DNA of 64,000 bases from Lingula anatina (lineage: Eukaryota; Animalia; Brachiopoda): contig CM120647.1 of the NCBI GenBank assembly GCA_051362555.1, forward strand, positions 8,866,001-8,930,000, given 5' to 3'. The translations under genes and the position numbers were made by a program. Below are positions 59,901-64,000 of the stretch, one piece after another. Numbering within the stretch: the stretch's first letter is position 1; each line of letters begins with the position of its first letter. The notes beneath the pieces are model-generated. The model searched no databases and was not told where the DNA came from. It saw only the letters and a list, made by a program, of their open reading frames with translations.

Positions 59901-62365
59901 TCAAAAGTACTTTAGTAATCATTAATGAATCGTGTGAACGCAATGAATAAATAAATGGTCTTGTGGTAGGAAGCTGGTACCCAATGCTGGCGGGCCGTGG
60001 GGAAAAAACCCGTCTAAACCCTTCGTGGGGAATGCCGGGAAAGTGCCCACGCCCGGATACTTCAGTCTTTATAACATAATATTGGCACGGCGCCTTACAG
60101 TTCATAAATATCGTCCCGTTTTAAACAGCATGGTGCAACTGAATGAACTTGTTCTCGTGACTACAAACTATGATCTATATATAGTACAATGGTTGACAAG
60201 ATGAAGCACAAGAATTTACCAAAGTGCATGTTATTCTACAGAAAGAGGTATTGAAGACAAAGACACATTCACTAGAGTCTTGACACAATCAAACCGATAC
60301 TAATCTTAACTTTATGTAGGGGGTGAAGTCATAAATAAAGCGACTCAACCCTTTTACAACTGAGAGCATCCACAAAACTTGAATATAGTCATTTCTAATG
60401 ATAATATATATTATATGATTATTACCCAGACATAAACCCGACTTTGACAAATAACTGGTTTTAAAATAAGTTTCTCAAATGTAATTTTGCCCTGAAATCG
60501 CAACTACATGACAGTACCTGTATGATACATATGATAAAGATTAAAGCAAGCTTGCTTTGGAATATTTCAGGTCTCACATTACACTTTATGGCCGTCCATG
60601 TAAATTTCAATATGAATTTTTTGATCCGGAGAAAAGGGTGCATATGTGATGATTTGGATTTATTTGTCAACTATAACCCTTGAGAAAATCATAATATAAG
60701 TGATATTAGTAATGTGCACTCCCCTATCTTGAGAGATGCCTGAACGCATCCAGCCATCCCTCATGAGGAGCAGACTGTACAAAAAATATAATGAAATATT
60801 TTCTCAAACGTAAAATATTTCATTATAGATTTTGCACAACCTATCAATGTAAAACCTCTTCATGTAAAAGCATTTACATGAAGTTGGATTTTACAAAGAT
60901 GTGAGGGTTAGTTGAGATTAGTGTGCGATTATGATCTTCTCAAACGCTATACTGACGAACAACTCCACATCATCAACAGCACAAATTTGAAAAAATGACT
61001 ACATCACTAAGATTGAAATAAAACACAGACGACCATAAGTGGGGGTGATACCAATGTTTTTTGAGCGAAAACCTATCTGCATTTAGAATGTGGATAAAGC
61101 AACTGGATATTCAATATAAATTTTTTCAACAATTATTATAATCACTGTAGAGGCAGACTTAAAATTTTCATACAGAACCACAATTCATCTTATTCAATTG
61201 ATTATTTATGGAATTATAAATGATCATCCTGAACTTCAGTTTTCTCTTAAGCTATTGACAAAAGACGTTTCACTGTCATAAGTGAAAAAAAAAATCACTG
61301 AATGCAATTACACTCGACTCATCTGTGACCCATGAACAGCAAAAATTCTCAATATCCAAAAGACTTGAGTACATTATTAGGTTGTACCAGTATTCCTCTT
61401 ACATTCAGTATATCGCTCTTCGTTACCATTCCACATTCTCTAATTTTTTGCAGACAAGCCGTGTCCTTAAAACGAAGACTGCTAGGACGTCCGATTAACG
61501 AAAGTGGCTACAGGGGCTCGTTGCTAGTGACATTAAGTGTTGCACTTTTAGGCGAGGATTGGTTTCTGCGTTCGGTCATTATTTCTGGAAAACTGCCCTT
61601 TCGTAGCCTACAAATGAAACGTAATGTAAAGTATGAAAAGCAATTGAAAGCTTCCAGTAATTACAACAAAGAACAGTTTTTACACACCGTTAATACTCAT
61701 ACTAGTACTTTGACATTTCATAATGCTATGGTTCTTAGTATGACTACTTTTTTATTTTATTTTATTTTAAATTGCTTTATTTTATTTTACTTCTATAACA
61801 CAACACAAGAAAATTGCATTATGATTAAAGAGAGTGCGAAGATTCTACAATAAAAAAGTGACTGGAGAATAAGAGCTACAAAGGAGGGCATATGAATCAC
61901 GAAAACGCCTAACGATCTAAACAATATAAACAAGTGAAAATACATGCTCACCTGTACGATGGCCTCTTGGTACCACAACCGCAGCACTTAGGGTGAGGTT
62001 GGGGGTAGTAGCTCCGAGTATTCTAGACCAGTGACAACGCCACGTCTGTCGCACTGGGTCTGATGAAAATCTGAAATTTGGCCGATAGGAAGTCAAAATA
62101 TTTTGCGCGAGTGACTTTTTTCAAGTTTGCGACAAATTAAAAGAGCTTTTGGATTCTTAAATGTCTGGACTAAGAGTTTCATTGAATAAGTTGTAAATAG
62201 AAAACAAATGTCTACAAAGTTTCATGACAAGAACAAAAGTGCTGTCATTTGCTACCAGTAATACCTGGATTGCTCCATTTTAATCCTTTTCGTCTAAAAG
62301 TAAAGACTAACTTAAAATACTTTTTTTCAAGGGACCCAGTGATCTGAATGAGTAGCAATGAGTAC

Positions 62366-62520
62366 CTGTGCCATGTTGACTGAGGAGTAAGACTTCATGT
62401 CATCTTCTGTGCTGTTCCAAGGCAAACCCAGCACTGTCAGGTCGCTGTACTTCTTGCTGTCCAGCCGCTTTGTTTTCACGTTGCGATTTTTCAGGGTCTC
62501 ATCTCCTTTTCCTTTGTTCT
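62366..62520 (-). pseudogene. TARDBP: Isolated, diverged TDP-43 (TARDBP)-like exon covering the NLS region and the start of RRM1
   Basis: AG|..NKGKGDETLKNRNVKTKRLDSKKYSDLTVLGLPWNSTEDDMKSYSSVNMAQ|GT resembles TDP-43 NKRKMDE...[33 protein letters not shown], with phase-1 start and phase-0 end. About 4 aa are deleted and no flanking TDP-43 exons were found nearby. Confidence 0.75.
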
Positions 62521-62975
62521 CTAAAACGGTAACACATTCCAATTATTATTAAGAATGTTAATTGAATTATCAACACTTTGTTGTATCAATATTTCTATTA
62601 TTTCCTGTGTAATCAATGACTGCGACATACTAATTATTGTTCGGACAAGTAGATTTTTCAGAATGTATGAATGTATGAATGAATGTATGAATGTATAGTG
62701 TTAAGACCATACGATTTTTTCGAAGTTTTCAAAACAGCTTTTGATTTGATTTAGTTTATTATCTTATATCGTAATTCTAAAAATGCCAAGGTCTTAAAAT
62801 TTTTAATTTATATTCAAATACAATACAATCCAAATTCATTAAAATTTGTATTCGGACCAGTGAATGCTGATTTAGACCAAAAGATTTTAGGAAAGTTTAG
62901 GTCCAATAGCCAGTAAGGCGAAAAGCTTATGGCAAATCATTTAGGTCTATTTCTCACCCCAATAACACGGGTTAC

Positions 62976-64000
62976 CTTCAAGGGTTTTCCATCTCAGTGA
63001 AACACCACATGGCTTGGACGCTTCCCCGATGCAGCCACCTCGTAGACAAACCATTGCAGGACTCGCTGGACGCTTTTCCGATGCAGCCACCTCGAAGACA
63101 GACCATGGCAGGACTCGCTGGACGCTTCCCCGATGCAGACACTTCGTAGACAGAACATGGCAGGACTCGCTGGACGCTTCCCTGATGCAGCCACCTCGTA
63201 GACAGACCTTGGCAGGACTCGCTGGATGCTTCCCCGATGCAGCCACCTCGTAGACAGACCATGGCAGGACTCGCTGGACGCTTCCCCATTGCAGCCACCT
63301 CATAGACAGGACGTGGCAGGACTCGCTGGCACCAAGGATTGATGGAAGTAGCTGAAGTGTAGATGTGGCTCTCTTTTCCTTGCAGTTGTCAGTGGTAGCT
63401 CTAGTGAGAATCGCCATAATCGAGTTCTGTTAACAGAAATAAAAAATTGGATTAATGACTTTTCATCATATTTCAGTACTCTGCATTCAGGCTTACCCTT
63501 AAGAGTTTATGTTAACAGAAATAAAAACGGATTAATTTCTTTCCTACATATGTCAGCACTCTAGAGTCAGGCTTACCCTTAAGGGTTTTCCATCTCGGTG
63601 AAACAACATATTCCTGGGACGCTTCCCCAATGGAACCACCTCGTAGACAGACCATGGCAGGACTTGCTGGCACTAAGGGTTGATCTAAATGTAGATGTGG
63701 CCCTCTTTTCCTTGCAGTTGTCAATGGGAGCTTTATCGATAATAGCCATAATCTAGTTCTGTTAACAGAAAGAAAAAACGGATTATTGATTTTTCCAACA
63801 TATTTCTTTTAACAGAAAAAAAATGGATTAATGACTTTTCTAGATATGTCAGCACTCTGCAGTCAGGCTTACACTTAAGGGTTTTCTGTTAACAGAAATA
63901 AAAACGGATTAATGACTTTTCCTACCTATGTTAGCACTCTGCAGTCAGGCTTACCTATATGGGTTTTCCATCTCTGTGAAACACCATATGCCTGGGATGC
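62976..64000 (-). repeat. Higher-order tandem repeat of exon-like (~180 nt) and intron-like (~70 nt) units, running off the window end
   Basis: Minus-strand unit GTAAGCCTGA...TTAATCCGTTTTTATTTCTGTTAACAG at 63496-63427, 63576-63509, 63872-63759 and 63954-63886, alternating with homologous exon-like blocks 63426-62976, 63758-63577 and 63955 onward. Confidence 0.85.
63016..63329. repeat. 52-bp GC-rich minisatellite, 6 units
   Basis: Unit GACGCTTCCCCGATGCAGCCACCTCGTAGACAGACCATGGCAGGACTCGCTG starting at 63017, 63069, 63121, 63173, 63225, 63277. Confidence 0.95.

Noticed and set aside
63016-63329. CRISPR array or ribozyme repeat
   Set aside because: No spacers, and no hammerhead core (CTGATGA...GAAA with stems) was found by eye.

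Overview
AT-rich, intron-rich animal genomic DNA; a mollusc or other lophotrochozoan is inferred from gene structure and repeat content, not shown. Manual splicing with phase checks gives six recognisable genes in three head-to-head pairs: NKAIN (first coding exon only, -) / ASPH (+), SNRNP40 (-) / LIPT1 (+), and GGT7-like (-) / TTC39C (+). A 5'-truncated RTE-type LINE with a 9-bp TSD sits in the last GGT7 intron, and several MITE families are present (Kolobok-like TTAA, PIF/Harbinger-like, 5-bp-TSD, Tc1/mariner-like mini elements). The distal 8 kb is degenerate. It holds an isolated TDP-43-like exon, an unidentified minus-strand gene remnant and a satellite built from intron-like plus exon-like units. 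Main observations: (1) recurrent local duplications at exon edges, most of them copying a splice site, the extreme case being a 31 x 39-bp array of 5' splice sites in TTC39C; (2) an NKAIN-ASPH-SNRNP40 order that would explain neighbour pairs at separate human paralogous loci; (3) a GGT7-like protein lacking nearly all canonical catalytic residues. Homology calls rest on recalled protein motifs; no database searches were run.
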